Counted from the first letter of the stretch, positions 1-12,020 are shown. The stretch is 64,000 nucleotides of DNA from Podarcis filfolensis (GCA_964270895.1 OZ185446.1), one strand, 5' to 3'. The notes: generated by a model not told the origin, from the letters alone. Translations and numbers: made by a program.

Positions 1-1532
1 TGGTATGGAAATGTTTCAGCGTGTGTTTCACTTGAAAATGAAATGGTAACTGGAAAGTTTGAAACTGTTGGGATAGTGACAAATTCAAATCTGTGTAGCT
101 TAAGACAAAACAGTGAAGTAGCTTATGTACAGTGCTGCAAGCAGGAAGAAGAAATGGAGCAGTTATGTTATGGCTCAGTGGCCAACCCCACCATGCCTAG
201 GCTGCTGTAATGTGGCTGTCAGTAGAGGGGCAACAAAAGCAGAGCCTCAACTGAGCTCTACTTAGTATGAAGTACATTGATTACATAAAAAATCAGGTTA
301 TGCTACTGTTGTGTTAAAGGCAGCAGATAGGGGTTGTTTTCAGTCCTAGGATTGTTGTAGAAAGACAGCCTTGTGTCTTCGTCTTCAACAAGGCCATGAG
401 AGGGGCATGATGTGCATGAAAAGCATGTACACAAATGTGCAAAAGAAAATAAAAACTGAGCAAATACCATTAACTGGAAAGTCACTCAATGATAATGAAG
501 TTTAAGGTCCAGACACCTCAATAGTCATTCCTTTTAGAGTAAATGGACCCGACCTTCTCTCATTCCATGCATCATATATGCATTTAGACTCAATATGACT
601 GTTCAATTAAAAATACCTAATGTATTCAGAACTATAAAATTGATCTGATTAGAACAGAACTACATACCAAATGAAATTAAGTGTGGTTGCTTACATAATT
701 TGAGCTGAAATGTTTAAGGTATTTTTTAACTGTTTTCATTTTTATTCTCTTAAACTACTGCAAAATTATATATATTCTGTTTTTAAAGTTTGTGTCCCAT
801 CCTGATCTATATTCTATAAGTTTCTGTACCATTGTGTTATCACATACTTTGCCATTTACTTGGTTTTCTTTTAGTACTATTGGTTATATATAACATTTCC
901 TAAAGTCAGTAAATGCTATTTAAAATGCTATTTCATTAGGAGACTAAAATATTTATTTTGATCAAAATACTGTATTTTGATCACTGATGAACCACTGTGA
1001 AAGAGGATATTTTCTCCCCTACAAAGAACAGAAATAGGCACTTCACCCTTAACCATGGTACTGTTGTAGCCAACTTAAGCATTCTAAATGCATTGCCTAA
1101 AGTTGATATTCTGTGAACATAAATTCTAAAAGCAATTTGAGCAGTGTGAAATTTTTCATATATTGGTGTTAAAGGAGCAAGCATGCCACAAAAGAGCACC
1201 AAATTGGTATTTTAAAGAAATAAACACTTATAAGCTTTTAATCTTCTGTGACAGAAGAAACAAGTTTTATACCATCAGCTCTACCCCTCATTAACTGTAC
1301 ACAGATCACATTATAGAATTATAGAATTTTAGAGTTGGAAAGGTAGTTCTTTCTGTTTTATGTACATTTAAAGACTGGTTTAAATTAAAGGAAAAGAGGT
1401 ATACAATGTAGCCTGTTTTTCTTGATGGGGGAAAAGCACGTACAGCTTTAGTTTTAAAACAGTACAGGGTGCGCATTTTAAATTTTGATGAAGAATGTTA
1501 AAAGGACAAGACAATTTTGTACAAAACCTCAA

Positions 1533-1538
1533 TTTATT
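1533..1538 (-). terminator. Candidate proximal polyadenylation signal of FZD1
   Basis: + strand tttatt = AATAAA on the minus strand, 1.87 kb past the stop, after an AU-rich block (1545-1610). Cleavage would fall at about 1510-1520. Confidence 0.55.
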
Positions 1539-3400
1539 TCAAAGAAATTAAAAATATGTATTTTATATATATTTATATATAAACTTCTATTCCTCTATAA
1601 ATATAGTTGATCTTGCAATAGTGAACAGAAAGAAATGCATACCAAATTCACATAGCTATGCATTTTAGGGTAAGGTTAAGTCATGGATAATATTTATGAC
1701 AGGTGCTTATATAAAAAGAAGTTTGAAACAGTACAATTGGAAGAGCAGCAAGTCTGCTGCTATACAAAGGATTAAATATTAAAAGGTGTTTGCCAGTTAA
1801 AATTGACACATCTTGTATAAGCCTGTTAAGGAAATATGAGCCATAACAGTTCAGAGAGAACACAGACCAATCATACACAGGCTCTTTTAGCTTTACATAT
1901 AAATTACTATATTGAAACATCAGGCTTGTAGATTCTTTGGGGTCTCACACCCTATCATTCAACTGAAATCTATTTTTCTTGGCGGCATAAATCACCATGC
2001 CTTTCATTCACCTACTAACAAGAAGGAATTAAAACCCACCAGTTATGAAGATATGTAGAAATGAAATGTCAGTGTTATAAATGCTATGAAAATCTGAATA
2101 ATCCAAGCTGCAGAGATCTTTTACTGGGTTTATGCCCCCCCCCCTTCTTCTTGGTCATACTGAGTAGGTTTGTAAAAATCGACTCAATAGCGCTTTTCCT
2201 GATGGCTCTCTCCCAGCAAACTCATTAAACAGAACAAAAAAATCTATCAAAAGAGCAGGCTATTAAGAAATGGAGTGTCAAAATCACAATCAAAATGCAC
2301 CACCTCATCCTCACTACAGATTAACAATTACAACCAATGGCCGTATTTCCATAGAAAGTAGAAGCTGCCTCTTGCAGGCTTAAAAAGCAGGCTGCCCATT
2401 CCATATATTAACAAAGTTAAGAGAAAAGTTAGCAGTTCTTTAAAATGGTCAGATGTGTGTAAAGGAGCAGCTGGTGAGAAAAATATCATTCCCAACCTTT
2501 CAATTTCATCCTTCTTAAAAACAGTTCACACCTTTAGGCAGAGCTTAGGAAACTTTCTCACCAAGAGTTTGGTGGTGGAGAGAGAGTTTTCTTAGGCAAG
2601 GGCTAGGCAATACAGTTGGGTAATAATAACATGCAGTTCCCTTTCCCATACTCCTCCCCAGGTGGGGTGGAACAGGTAAAACTGCTTGCTCCTTTATTCC
2701 TTCAGGTCATGCTGAGCAGAGATGGGAGTTAAGGCTTTTCCACTCCCTGTCTGTATTTGTCTTGCAGCGCAGATCAAGTCAGCCATGCAGCCTACCCAGA
2801 CAATTTTCCTGAAACCATTAATTCTACTGGTATCAGTGGGGCAATTTATAACATATGTCAAATTATGAATCAGTTATCCTTAATCCTAGACCTAAGCAGC
2901 TTGACACACAACTATTACCATGACGTGTGGGAGGTGAGAAAAGGAAAGCTATTGGGCTCATTTTGGTTCCTATGATATCAGCTTTGCAAATAAAATAAAG
3001 AAGAACATTGGTTTTCTTTCTCCTTCAGAGAGAGAAAGAGAGAGGGGGGGGAAGGCTGCAAACTGGTTAAAAAAGTTCTAAATAATTACAAAAGTGAGAA
3101 CTTTGCAATTTAAATACAAATATACTTACAAAATCTTACAGAGGCTATTTACAACCTCAGATCCACATTCCCAACTTTACAGTAAAATTTAGTCCAGTAG
3201 AAGACAAGAGGCAAGGGGAATAGGGTCTGTTTCTCCACCAGCACCAACCTCTTTACATCCAGTCCCCTGTGGGCTGGAGAGAAAAGTCATGAGACTTTGG
3301 ACAGCACCTATGTGACCACTTTCTCTCCTTTACTTTCTGGCTGGGACTGTGAGCAGAGAGGAAGTTCCTTTGCCAGGTGTCTCTGGTTGGTGTGGGAGCT

Positions 3401-5179
3401 TCACACTGTAGTTTCCCCTTGCTTACTGTTGGTGAGTCTGCTATAGAACTTCCTCCAGGAATTGAGTGTTTTCCCAGACCAGATCCAAAAGCCAGAAGTG
3501 ATGCCTACAATTAAAGTCATGAGATACTTGATCATAAAGACGGTGAAGTCAGGACTCATGGGCGGATGGTGGTGGTTACTGGGGCAAGGGATGGCATAGC
3601 TCTTGCAGCTTTGAGCAAACCAACTCCTTTCCCACTGTTCCCTAAATGCTTGCTCGTAAAAATAGCAGGCAATGACTATGGTAGCAGGCACTGTGTACAG
3701 GACGCTGAAGATCCCTATCCTAACCATCAGCTTTTCCAGCTTCTCTGTCTTGGTACCGTCGTGTTTCATGATGGTCCGAATTCTGAAAAGGGAGACAAAT
3801 CCAGCCAGGAGGAAAGAAGTGCCAATGAACAAGTAAACAAACAAAGGAGCCAGCACAAAGCCCCGCAGGGCATCCACATTGTTGATGCCCACAAAGCAGA
3901 CGCCACTCAGCACATCCCCATCCACCTGCCCCAGAGCCAAGATGGTGATGGTTTTGATAGCGGGCACAGCCCAAGCAGCCAGGTGGAAGTACTGGGAGTT
4001 GGNNNNNNNNNNNNNNNNNNNNNNNNNNNNNNNNNNNNNNNNNNNNNNNNNNNNNNNNNNNNNNNNNNNNNNNNNNNNNNNNNNNNNNNNNNNNNNNNNN
4101 NNNNNNNNNNNNNNNNNNNNNNNNNNNNNNNNNNTCGTGCCCTGTGCCACCGTCCGCGAGCCATCGTCGGAGAAGCGCTCGTTGCACACCACCTTCTCCT
4201 CCAGCAGGAACCCTGCAATGTAGGCCACCGCCACCGCCGTGTAGCAGCCCGAGAGGAAGATGATGGGTCTCTCCGGGTAGCTGAAGCGCTTCATGTCCAC
4301 CAGGTAGGTCAGCACGGTGAAGAGGGTGGAGGCGCAGCACAGCACCGACCAGATGCCAATCCAGGTGCGGGAGAAGCGCAGCTCCTCCTGCCCGAAGTAC
4401 ATGAGCCCGTAGGGGCGCCCAGACTCGCAGGGCGCCCCGCAATCCTTCTCGCCCAGGAAGCGGTAGTTGAGGTAGGAGGGCACCTTGAGCACCCGGGGGC
4501 AGGTGAACCTGCCCGCCCGCTCCGCCAGGTGGCTCCCTCCGCCCCCGCCTCCTGCCACGCCGCCGCCGCCGGGCCGCAGCTGCGGGTTGCTGGTCCAGAA
4601 CTCGGGTCCCAGCGAGGGCGTGGGCGTGCCGCGCTCGGAGGTGTTTTGGCCCACGCAGAGCTCTTCGGCGCCGTGCACGGGGAACTTCTCGCNNNNNNNN
4701 NNNNNNNNNNNNNNNNNNNNNNNNNNNNNNNNNNNNNNNNNNNNNNNNNNNNNNNNNNNNNNNNNNNNNNNNNNNNNNNNNNNNNNNNNNNNNNNNNNNN
4801 NNNNNNNNNNNNNNNNNNNNNNNNNNNNNNNNNNNNNNNNNNNNNNNNNNNNNNNCTGCACCTTGACGAGCGGGTAGAACTGGTGCACCTCCAGGCCCGC
4901 GTCCTCCTGGTTAGTGTGGCCCAGCAAGTTGGGCATGATGGTCTGGTTGTACGCGATGTCCGTGCACAGGGGGATGGTGATGGGCTGGCAGTAGCCGTGG
5001 TCCGGTACCGAGATGCCCCGCTCGCCGTTGTACTGCTGCTGCTGCCCCAGAGCGGGAAGCATCGGCGCCTCCGTGCACAGCAGCAGTAGCAGCAGCAGCG
5101 GCGGGGAGAGAGCGCCGGCCCGGCTGCCCCTCTCCGCCTCGGCCCCGCTGCAAACTTGCCGAGTCCACTTCTCTGCCAT
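3401..5179 (-). CDS. FZD1: Frizzled-1, single-exon 7TM Wnt receptor (592 codons, two internal N blocks)
   Basis: Signal peptide, CRD ([45 protein letters not shown]), Frizzled TM motifs ([35 protein letters not shown]), KTLNSW (KTxxxW) and a C-terminal SKQGETTV. That tail matches FZD1 rather than FZD2 (SRHGETTV) or FZD7 (SSKGETAV). The ATG is in a strong context (aagtATGg). Confidence 0.97.
   Translation of the reverse strand: MAEKWTRQVCSGAEAERGSRAGALSPPLLLLLLLCTEAPMLPALGQQQQYNGERGISVPDHGYCQPITIPLCTDIAYNQTIMPNLLGHTNQEDAGLEVHQFYPLVKVQXXXXXXXXXXXXXXXXXXXXXXXXXXXXXXXXXXXXXXXXXXXXXXXXXXXXXXXEKFPVHGAEELCVGQNTSERGTPTPSLGPEFWTSNPQLRPGGGGVAGGGGGGSHLAERAGRFTCPRVLKVPSYLNYRFLGEKDCGAPCESGRPYGLMYFGQEELRFSRTWIGIWSVLCCASTLFTVLTYLVDMKRFSYPERPIIFLSGCYTAVAVAYIAGFLLEEKVVCNERFSDDGSRTVAQGTXXXXXXXXXXXXXXXXXXXXXXXXXXXXXXXXXXXXXXXXXXXXXNSQYFHLAAWAVPAIKTITILALGQVDGDVLSGVCFVGINNVDALRGFVLAPLFVYLFIGTSFLLAGFVSLFRIRTIMKHDGTKTEKLEKLMVRIGIFSVLYTVPATIVIACYFYEQAFREQWERSWFAQSCKSYAIPCPSNHHHPPMSPDFTVFMIKYLMTLIVGITSGFWIWSGKTLNSWRKFYSRLTNSKQGETTV
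4003..4134. other. N block 1 (132 N) inside the FZD1 CDS
   Basis: Run of n. With its 3 flanking bases it spans exactly 45 codons. Confidence 0.99.
4693..4855. other. N block 2 (163 N) inside the FZD1 CRD
   Basis: Run of n. With its 2 flanking bases it spans exactly 55 codons. Confidence 0.99.
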
Positions 5180-5451
5180 ACTTCGCCGGGTCCTCTGGCT
5201 GCTGCTCCTGCCGCCGCCGCCTCCCTGTCCAGGTCCCTCCTGCTGCTGCTTCTACCGCCGCCTTTCACCTCCTCTCCTGCCAGGTCAAACTTGAGCCTCC
5301 TGCAGGGGAGGCTGCAAGGAAGAGGAGGACGGCGAGGGCCACCCCGCGAGCACGTCCCTCCGCCGCGCCGCCAGCGCGCTCTGCGCTCTCTCTCTCTCGC
5401 CTGCCAGGCAGAGCGCGCCAGCTCCAGCTCTTGCTGCTGCTGCTGCTGCTG

Positions 5452-5502
5452 CTACCGCCGCCTTTTCTTCTTCTTTCTCCGCCACCGCTGCCGCCTGACC
5501 AT
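5452..5502 (-). other. Upstream ORF in the FZD1 5' leader, MVRRQRWRRKKKKRRR*
   Basis: Hand translation of atg gtc agg cgg cag cgg tgg cgg aga aag aag aag aaa agg cgg cgg tag. It is the only ATG between 5520 and the main ATG. Translation is not demonstrated. Confidence 0.6.
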
Positions 5503-6849
5503 TTGTGGCAATCCCTCAAGCCCTCTCTCCCTCGAACCGGTTTCCAGGCGCCCCGCAGTCTGCCTTTCACCAGAAGGGAGGAGCCTTGAAACCGACGCCT
5601 AAGTTTTCCCTGCGTCAGGGACCGTCGCCCAACATCACTCCCCGCTCCCAAGCGCAGGAGGAGGCGGAGGTCGTCCGATACGGTTTCTCTCTCTCCGCCC
5701 TCCCTCCCGCCTCGCTCCTCCTCCAACTTCTCCTCCAGGACACGAGGGGGAGGGGGGAGGAGGCCAGGCTTGGTGGGTTTTGCCTTAAAAAGAAGAATAG
5801 ACCCATATGCTGTGTGAGCAGCTAATGAATAGGAGGGAGCAGACAATTGCTTTTTTCCCCTTTCTACGCCTAAAAATTCGGTGGTTCGCATTTTAATAAA
5901 ATGCAAAAAGGGGGGCAGGAGAAGACTTAAGGCAAGGACGTATGTTTGTGAATTAGAGCAAAGTTTTAGAGCATCGCAACTTGGAGGTAGACGCTCGTTT
6001 GCTGAGCAGCTTTCAATAAAACAAAAAACGACAAAACCCTCAACCACCAAAAACTCTTCACTTGAAATGATTGTAACCTGACGCAGGGAAGTCTTTACAG
6101 GCGGCCTCTTGGCGCGCCTTACTCAGCGCTCTCTTCCCAGCCTCCCGCCCTTAAATACACTTGTAAAGTCGACATGAAACGATTATGTTTTTTTTTTTTA
6201 AAAAAATGAAGCAAACATTAAGTCAGTTTCTTCCCAGAAATTAACATTTAAAATGACAGCTGTTCCCTCCCTCCTTCCCTCCACCCATCCATCCATCCAA
6301 GAACTTACAAAACACATCATTGCTGGAGGGACTGATGTCAGGCTGGGAGGTAAAATTGGGCAAATATCTCAAAGGATTTGAAGACCAAACCAAAATAAAA
6401 CCAAAATAAAAAACCAGGACCAACTTTTGTGGCCCATTACCTGGGTGGAATTGAGTGTGGCTGGCTTTCAAATAAACATGTGAACATGAGAAGAACCTTT
6501 ATTCCAGTGGCCCATTTATTCCAGCCAGCAGTGAATCTACATTTTGGGGGCCTTGAAGCTTGAACTGTAACCAGGCCACTTCTCAACCAGCAACAAGGTC
6601 TGGGTAACCACTGTTATCTTCTTCAGTAGGGTTGTTCCATGACAGATCACCACTACTGACTCTCTAACTTTGGGATTGTTGAAATACAGTAAACAAACAA
6701 ACAAAAAACGCCCCAGTTTGAATTGTTTGACACAAATTGTGGGTGTATTAATGTTGTATTAATGGGTGTATTAATGTTAAGCAATGAGGACTAAACGTTG
6801 AGCAATGAGGACTAAAATCACTTCTGGGGCCCCTCTGGGATTAAGGGTC

Positions 6850-7205
6850 CTGAACCTTAAGCTCATTAGTTTCATAGTAGATCTGCCCGAGTCCAGCATC
6901 TTGTTCTCACAGTGACCATACATACCTCTGGGATATCGGCAGCAAAACCTGAGCACAAGAGCGTTCTCCCCTCCTATGGTTCCTAGAAGTTGATATTCTG
7001 AAGCATTAGTAACTGGTCATTGGTAATGCTGCATTACCACCTCTGACTGTGGATGCAGAGCATAGATACCATGCCTCGTAGCCAGTGAAAGCCTTATCCT
7101 CCATGAATTTGTCCAATAGAGTAGTACTCTTTTAAAGCCATGCAAGCTGGTGGCCATCACTGCCTCGACTGGGAATGAGTCTCATAGTTTAACTCTGTGT
7201 TGAAT
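6850..7205 (-). mobile_element. CR1-type LINE 3' fragment
   Basis: Minus strand reads ...ggacaaattcatggaggataaggc...ggtcactgtgagaacaagatgctggac..., typical of a squamate CR1 3' end. Confidence 0.7.
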
Positions 7206-7530
7206 CATTGCATAACTTCCCAAGCTACTCAAGGTACTCGGATTCCTTTTACTAGAGTTAGGTGGTGCTTTGCCCACTGAATAGTATCTTGCTCATGTTT
7301 GATCACTTCCAAGTGTGAGGTTAGGCAGAAACAGCAAAATAAATGCATAGCTGAAGGAGAGACAGAGATCTCACTGTGTTTGATCTGTCAGCCAAAAATT
7401 AGAGGTAGCTTTAGTTTCAAAAATACATCCCTCACCCACAAATAAGTGCAAGAATTGGGACTTGAGGCTAATGCAGCAGGTCTCTTGATAGCTGTAACGC
7501 TACAAGGAGGATAAATTGTCATTATGTTTA

Positions 7531-7547
7531 GCCACTAGGTGGCACTG
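7531..7547 (+). promoter_or_regulatory. CTCF core motif
   Basis: GCCACTAGGTGGCACTG fully matches CCASYAGRKGGCRS, about 2 kb upstream of the FZD1 leader. Motif match only. Confidence 0.6.
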
Positions 7548-8847
7548 GGCTTAGTTGTGTTTAGCTGGAATCAGGAGTTTCCTGTTGTTGTTCTTGTTAG
7601 AGACAATAGGAAGGTTCAGGCAATTCATGCCACCATTGCCCATGTGTACAGCAGCCATTCCCCTTTGTTGCCCTTGTGCTTAGCCAGCCTGTGAAGGGGC
7701 TTTGTAGGCAATGAGCTCTTCGACATAAGGAGGAATCCTGGGCCAATCAGGTGGCACCTTTGCAGTGGGGGAGGGGTACACATGTAGAGCCCCTTCACAT
7801 TCAAACTGAACGTATAAACAAGTTGAATGAAGCCATGGCTTTTGCACATGGGGTGGGGCAAGCTAGCTTCAGCACATGTGTGGGGATCATCTGATGATTT
7901 CACTGGGTAAATGTGGCTGTAAGCCTGTTTACACACTCCCATTTGCGTTTCCACTGCTGTTGTGGGAAGCGGTATACACATAGCATTAGCTAGCTTCCTG
8001 ACTGCTGGGTCCTCTGAGGTTTCCATGACAAGTTCAAACTTTTGGGATGGGAGGGAGGATGTGCCAGGGACAAAAGATGAACTCAGAATAACTGGTAGCA
8101 AAGAAGCTGGGCTGGGAACAAGTGTTCACACAATCAAGGATGTTTCCATACTAATGCTGATTCCTATGGAAGCAAGTAGTAGTAAGAATCTCTGTCACTT
8201 TCCCACCTTCCACCTCTCAGTACATAGATGTGTAATATCACTTTGTAAGCTTAGTCTTTCACACACATAATCTAAACAATATTTACAATGGTCATACTTG
8301 GTGGTCACTCTTATTGTCGCCTAGGACTTTCTAACCTCCCACTTCCCACTTTTGACAACTTCACTGCTCCACCCAAATGTATTGCCTCATAAACCAAAAC
8401 ACACCTCCTGATCTAGCCTTCCCTTCTGGAATATGGTAGTGAATTGTATGAATCAAGGTGTAGAGAGAAACAGTTGACCCATCTTCCTCCCTAAAAAAGT
8501 TATCGAATTGTAGCAAAACTCCACCCAGTTGGCCAGAAGACGTAGTTTGAGGAGTGTAGTCTGCTGGGCAGTAACAGTTGGGGAGATTAAACAAAGACTC
8601 CAGATAGCAGCATAACTCTGGTTATGCCACAGGAGAGGAGGACATGTGACCAACAACTGGAGCAGCATCCTGAAAATACCAATTTTCATAAAAAGGAAAC
8701 AAGGGGGGGTGAAGTTCCTAGTCCTCATGGAAAACCTGTAACCATCTGACCAATTTCATCCGGAAAAAGAGATCCAAATAAGATTCCTTGGGAGGTAGTT
8801 CCAATGGTTCCAAAAGCTGGAACTTTTCTAACTTGTATCCTAACTCG

Positions 8848-9093
8848 TCATTTATTTATTTTTAGATCTATATACTGCACTCATCCAAATATCTCAGGGT
8901 GGTTCACAGGATAAAAATACAGGATAGAAGCACGAAATAAATAGTTAAAACATTAACTGCTCCCTTCCACAAACACATTTTAAAGGCCATAGAATACTAA
9001 TCAGCCAAAGGCCTGGTTGAAGAGGTCCGTTTTTTGCCTGGTGCCTGAAGATGAACCTCCCTGGGGATAGCATTCCACAAACAGGAAGCCACA
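8848..9093 (-). mobile_element. L2-type LINE 3' fragment
   Basis: (TTTA)n-like tail followed by typical reverse-oriented L2 3' sequence (tactgc..ctcagggtggttcaca..aaaggcctggttgaag..gcattccaca). Confidence 0.55.
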
Positions 9094-10764
9094 TTTAATT
9101 TTGACCCTCATACATTTACAGTGGAATCCTATACATGTTTACTGGGCTGTTTTCCAAGGCACTCCTTGGAATTACACATAATTCCATTTCAACTTTCATT
9201 TACTTCCCCATCACACCATAAGCTTTCCCTTAAGTTCAAACTCTTTCCATTTGCTCACAGAAACCAACTCCCAAGTGAAATCTGAACAGAAACATACACT
9301 CCAGTAAAATGTGCTACTACATAAGTTGGATAAAGGAACCTAGGATTCTACGTCCTGCTTTGAAAATTAATTTGTAGCTTGTGCACCACAGGTTTCTCGG
9401 GTTGTCTACTCACTCGAAAGTCCTAGTGAGTTCAGTGGCACTTACTCCCAGGTATGTGCATGTAGGATTGCAGCCTGTCTCGCACTGAAACGAAACAAGC
9501 TGGAATCAAGTCTTTTAGGAGAGAATGTCTTCCAGCTTCTGTTTTGACTCTGTTGCAGCCAATAGCTAGAACATTTTTTTCTGTCTTACAGACAGATCTC
9601 AGACTAAATATTTAGGCCACTTCCTTTCTCCCAGCAGTGCTGTCCCACATTCAAAAAAGTTACTACCAACATCTAGTTATAATGAATAGAGGAAGAAAGG
9701 CGTCTTTTTGAAATAGCATATCATTACCTATCTAGTTTATCTGGTTTTTTAAATAATAAAAAATCTGTAATACACTAACTCCTGGGTACTTGAAAATTCA
9801 CAGTGCAGGACATTCTATGTTGAGAAAATGAATATATTTAAATGATTGCTGGATCTCTTTCAGATATAGCATACATATATCGTATGTAATTATTGCTGAT
9901 ATTCTTTTGGGCCAGCTCTCCTTCCAACAGGGCAATCTCATGCATGTTTACTCAAAAGTAAGTTTCATGACATTCAGTGGGACCGACTCTCTAGTAGATG
10001 TGTTTAGAATGGAAGAGCTAGGCTGTAGTCCTGCACACCTGGGAATAAGCTCCATGTGGCTTACTACTGAGTAGATATTCGTATGATTGCTCTGTTAATC
10101 CCCCCCTTTTAATTTGCACCCACAATTAATCAGATACATATACAATCAGATTTGCACAAATTCCATTGCACATGCGGGTTTGCCTCAGTCATTCTAATAT
10201 GTGAAAAAACTTTATGACGATCTACTTCCTTTTAGTATGTAGCCATTGAAATGAATGGAAAAGTAATGATTTACTGAGGAGCCTCATATGTGTGTTGGAA
10301 CGCCTGCAAATGGAAGGTGTTTCTAACTTTGCTTTTTGAGCAACCTAATTCTTCCTTAAACAATAGCGCTTTTTCAGATTTATATCTGAATATTTTAAAA
10401 ATAACACTCATTAGTTTAGACCACCTCAGCAAATATCATTTCACAACAGGGGAGAGAGCAGACATTGTTTGCACACATGGGGCAAACAAATGGTTCACAA
10501 CAATAATTAATCATTGTTGGGGTTAAATAAACTTTTTAAACTTTTCTTATAACTCACTACAATTTCAAGGTACTGGAAGGCAATCCTATACTGGTATGGT
10601 CCTAACTATACTGTTCATAGTACAATGGGAACACTTTGTTTGCTTTGTGGAATTACAAATTCAGGTTACTAAATTAATTCTTAACACTTCTGCTAAACAA
10701 GAGGAACACCATATTTTAAAAATGGACAGAAACTTGGTTAACAGAGCTGACGTTTGGTCCAAGG

Positions 10765-10954
10765 AGAGCCAATGCAGGATAGAATCTTAGATCAGGGATA
10801 TGTGGCTTCAAATCCACTCAGTCAACCCTCACTGGGTCCTTCTCTTTTTCTCACCCTAACCAGGTTTACAGGGTTGTATGGATTAAATGAAGCAGGTACA
10901 TGTATGATGCCCTGAGTTTCTTGAACAAAAGGTAGAACTAAAGTGTAATAAATA
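10765..10954 (+). mobile_element. Degenerate Squam2-like SINE
   Basis: Head remnant (ttcaaatccactcag), body (caccctaacc..ttacagggttgt) and tail (gccctgagtttcttg..aaggtagaactaaagtgtaataaat). Confidence 0.5.
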
Positions 10955-11859
10955 CAGTACTGAGATTGGATGTGGGTTCAAAACTTGCTCATAAAGTCAT
11001 GGATGGCTTTGTACAAAAGATTTTGTCTCCAAATCAGTTCCTTACATTGCAGCTACTGTTGGAGCAGACACATAATAAGATTGATGAATGGTATAAGTTT
11101 TTTGTTTAAGTGCTTGACATTGATTGGTGGAGAGCAGGGACTTTGTCCTTTGTTACAGATCACCCTAAAAGTTTGTGATAGGACAATTTGAAAATTACAA
11201 CCAAAATCAAAATCTAGACTGATTTGAAAAACCTTTGTGTAATTTAGAATGAAGTGTGAACTTGCTGATATATCTGGTCGCGTTGACTCAGGTCTGAAGG
11301 AAATGGGCATCTAGGATTGTTACAGTGTGTGCTTAGCATGATGGAACAGTATCATTAAGGCCTTCTTTCTTTTTCTCTTTCCTTCTTTCTTTTTCTCTCC
11401 CTTAGTGTGACTTAAAGACACAAAGACCAAGTCTTGCTACACACTGAGATGAAGTGCCTAGCTCTGTATTCAAGACGATGAATTGAAAAAGTGGAGTTTA
11501 AGAAGGGGAGCTTTTCAGCCAGAAGAATTTGAACAAGAGTTTGGCCTGCAGCCTGCCAAGGTAATACTTCTATTCTACTATCTACTCTAAGGATTGTGTC
11601 AAAACAATCATCAAGGGCTGTCTTTGAGGGGAGATGGAGGATGTATAAACAAGATGAATTAAGGTGCTGCTGACTCCCTTCTTGTTTGGGGGTCGGTGTG
11701 AGGTGGACAATGGGACTGTGCTGGTTGTGACGGATGTTAAAATACTTCACAGAGTAAAAAAAAATCAGAACTCTGCAAGGATTCCAGGAATTAGTGCTGA
11801 ATTAGAAGCTAGCCAATAAGTGACCATTTCAAAAATACAGTAAATTAATATAATGAGGT

Positions 11860-11983
11860 AAGGTTGCAGCAGGGCCTTTTCATTTGTGGCACCCAGCCTC
11901 TGGAATTTAGGGTGATCGACTCTTATATAATTCAGTGCCAACTAAAGGCATTTAGTTTTTTAAATGTTTTCTCAGGCATTTGC
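11860..11983 (+). mobile_element. L2-type LINE 3' fragment
   Basis: gggccttttcatttgtggcacccagcctctggaat (RAFSxVAPSLWN-like) followed by ttctcaggcattt. Confidence 0.5.
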
Positions 11984-11987
11984 TAGG

Positions 11988-12020
<33 letters not shown>
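11988..12020. repeat. (TGT)11 microsatellite
   Basis: Read directly. Confidence 0.95.

Larger units (their letters stand above)
4135..6130. promoter_or_regulatory. CpG island over the FZD1 promoter, 5' leader and 5' half of the CDS
   Basis: Sharp rise in GC and CpG density against the CpG-depleted rest of the window, with GC/GA-box tracts at about 5690-5760. Confidence 0.85.

Noticed and set aside
3146-3153. Pumilio element UGUAAAUA in the FZD1 3' UTR
   Set aside because: A single 8-mer in AU-rich sequence is expected by chance unless conservation is shown.
3566-5089. 507-aa plus-strand ORF opposite FZD1
   Set aside because: Antisense shadow of a GC-rich CDS, also extended by N codons; no recognisable domain.
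3720-5268. Alternative-frame minus-strand ORFs (240 aa, 319 aa)
   Set aside because: Explained by GC3 bias and N runs. The 319-aa frame matters only as the readthrough frame of the uORF.
5285-5485. 66-aa ORF starting MAEKEEEK, resembling the FZD1 N-terminus
   Set aside because: It starts at GTG, not ATG, and is built from CAG/GCG/GA repeats; the resemblance is probably chance.
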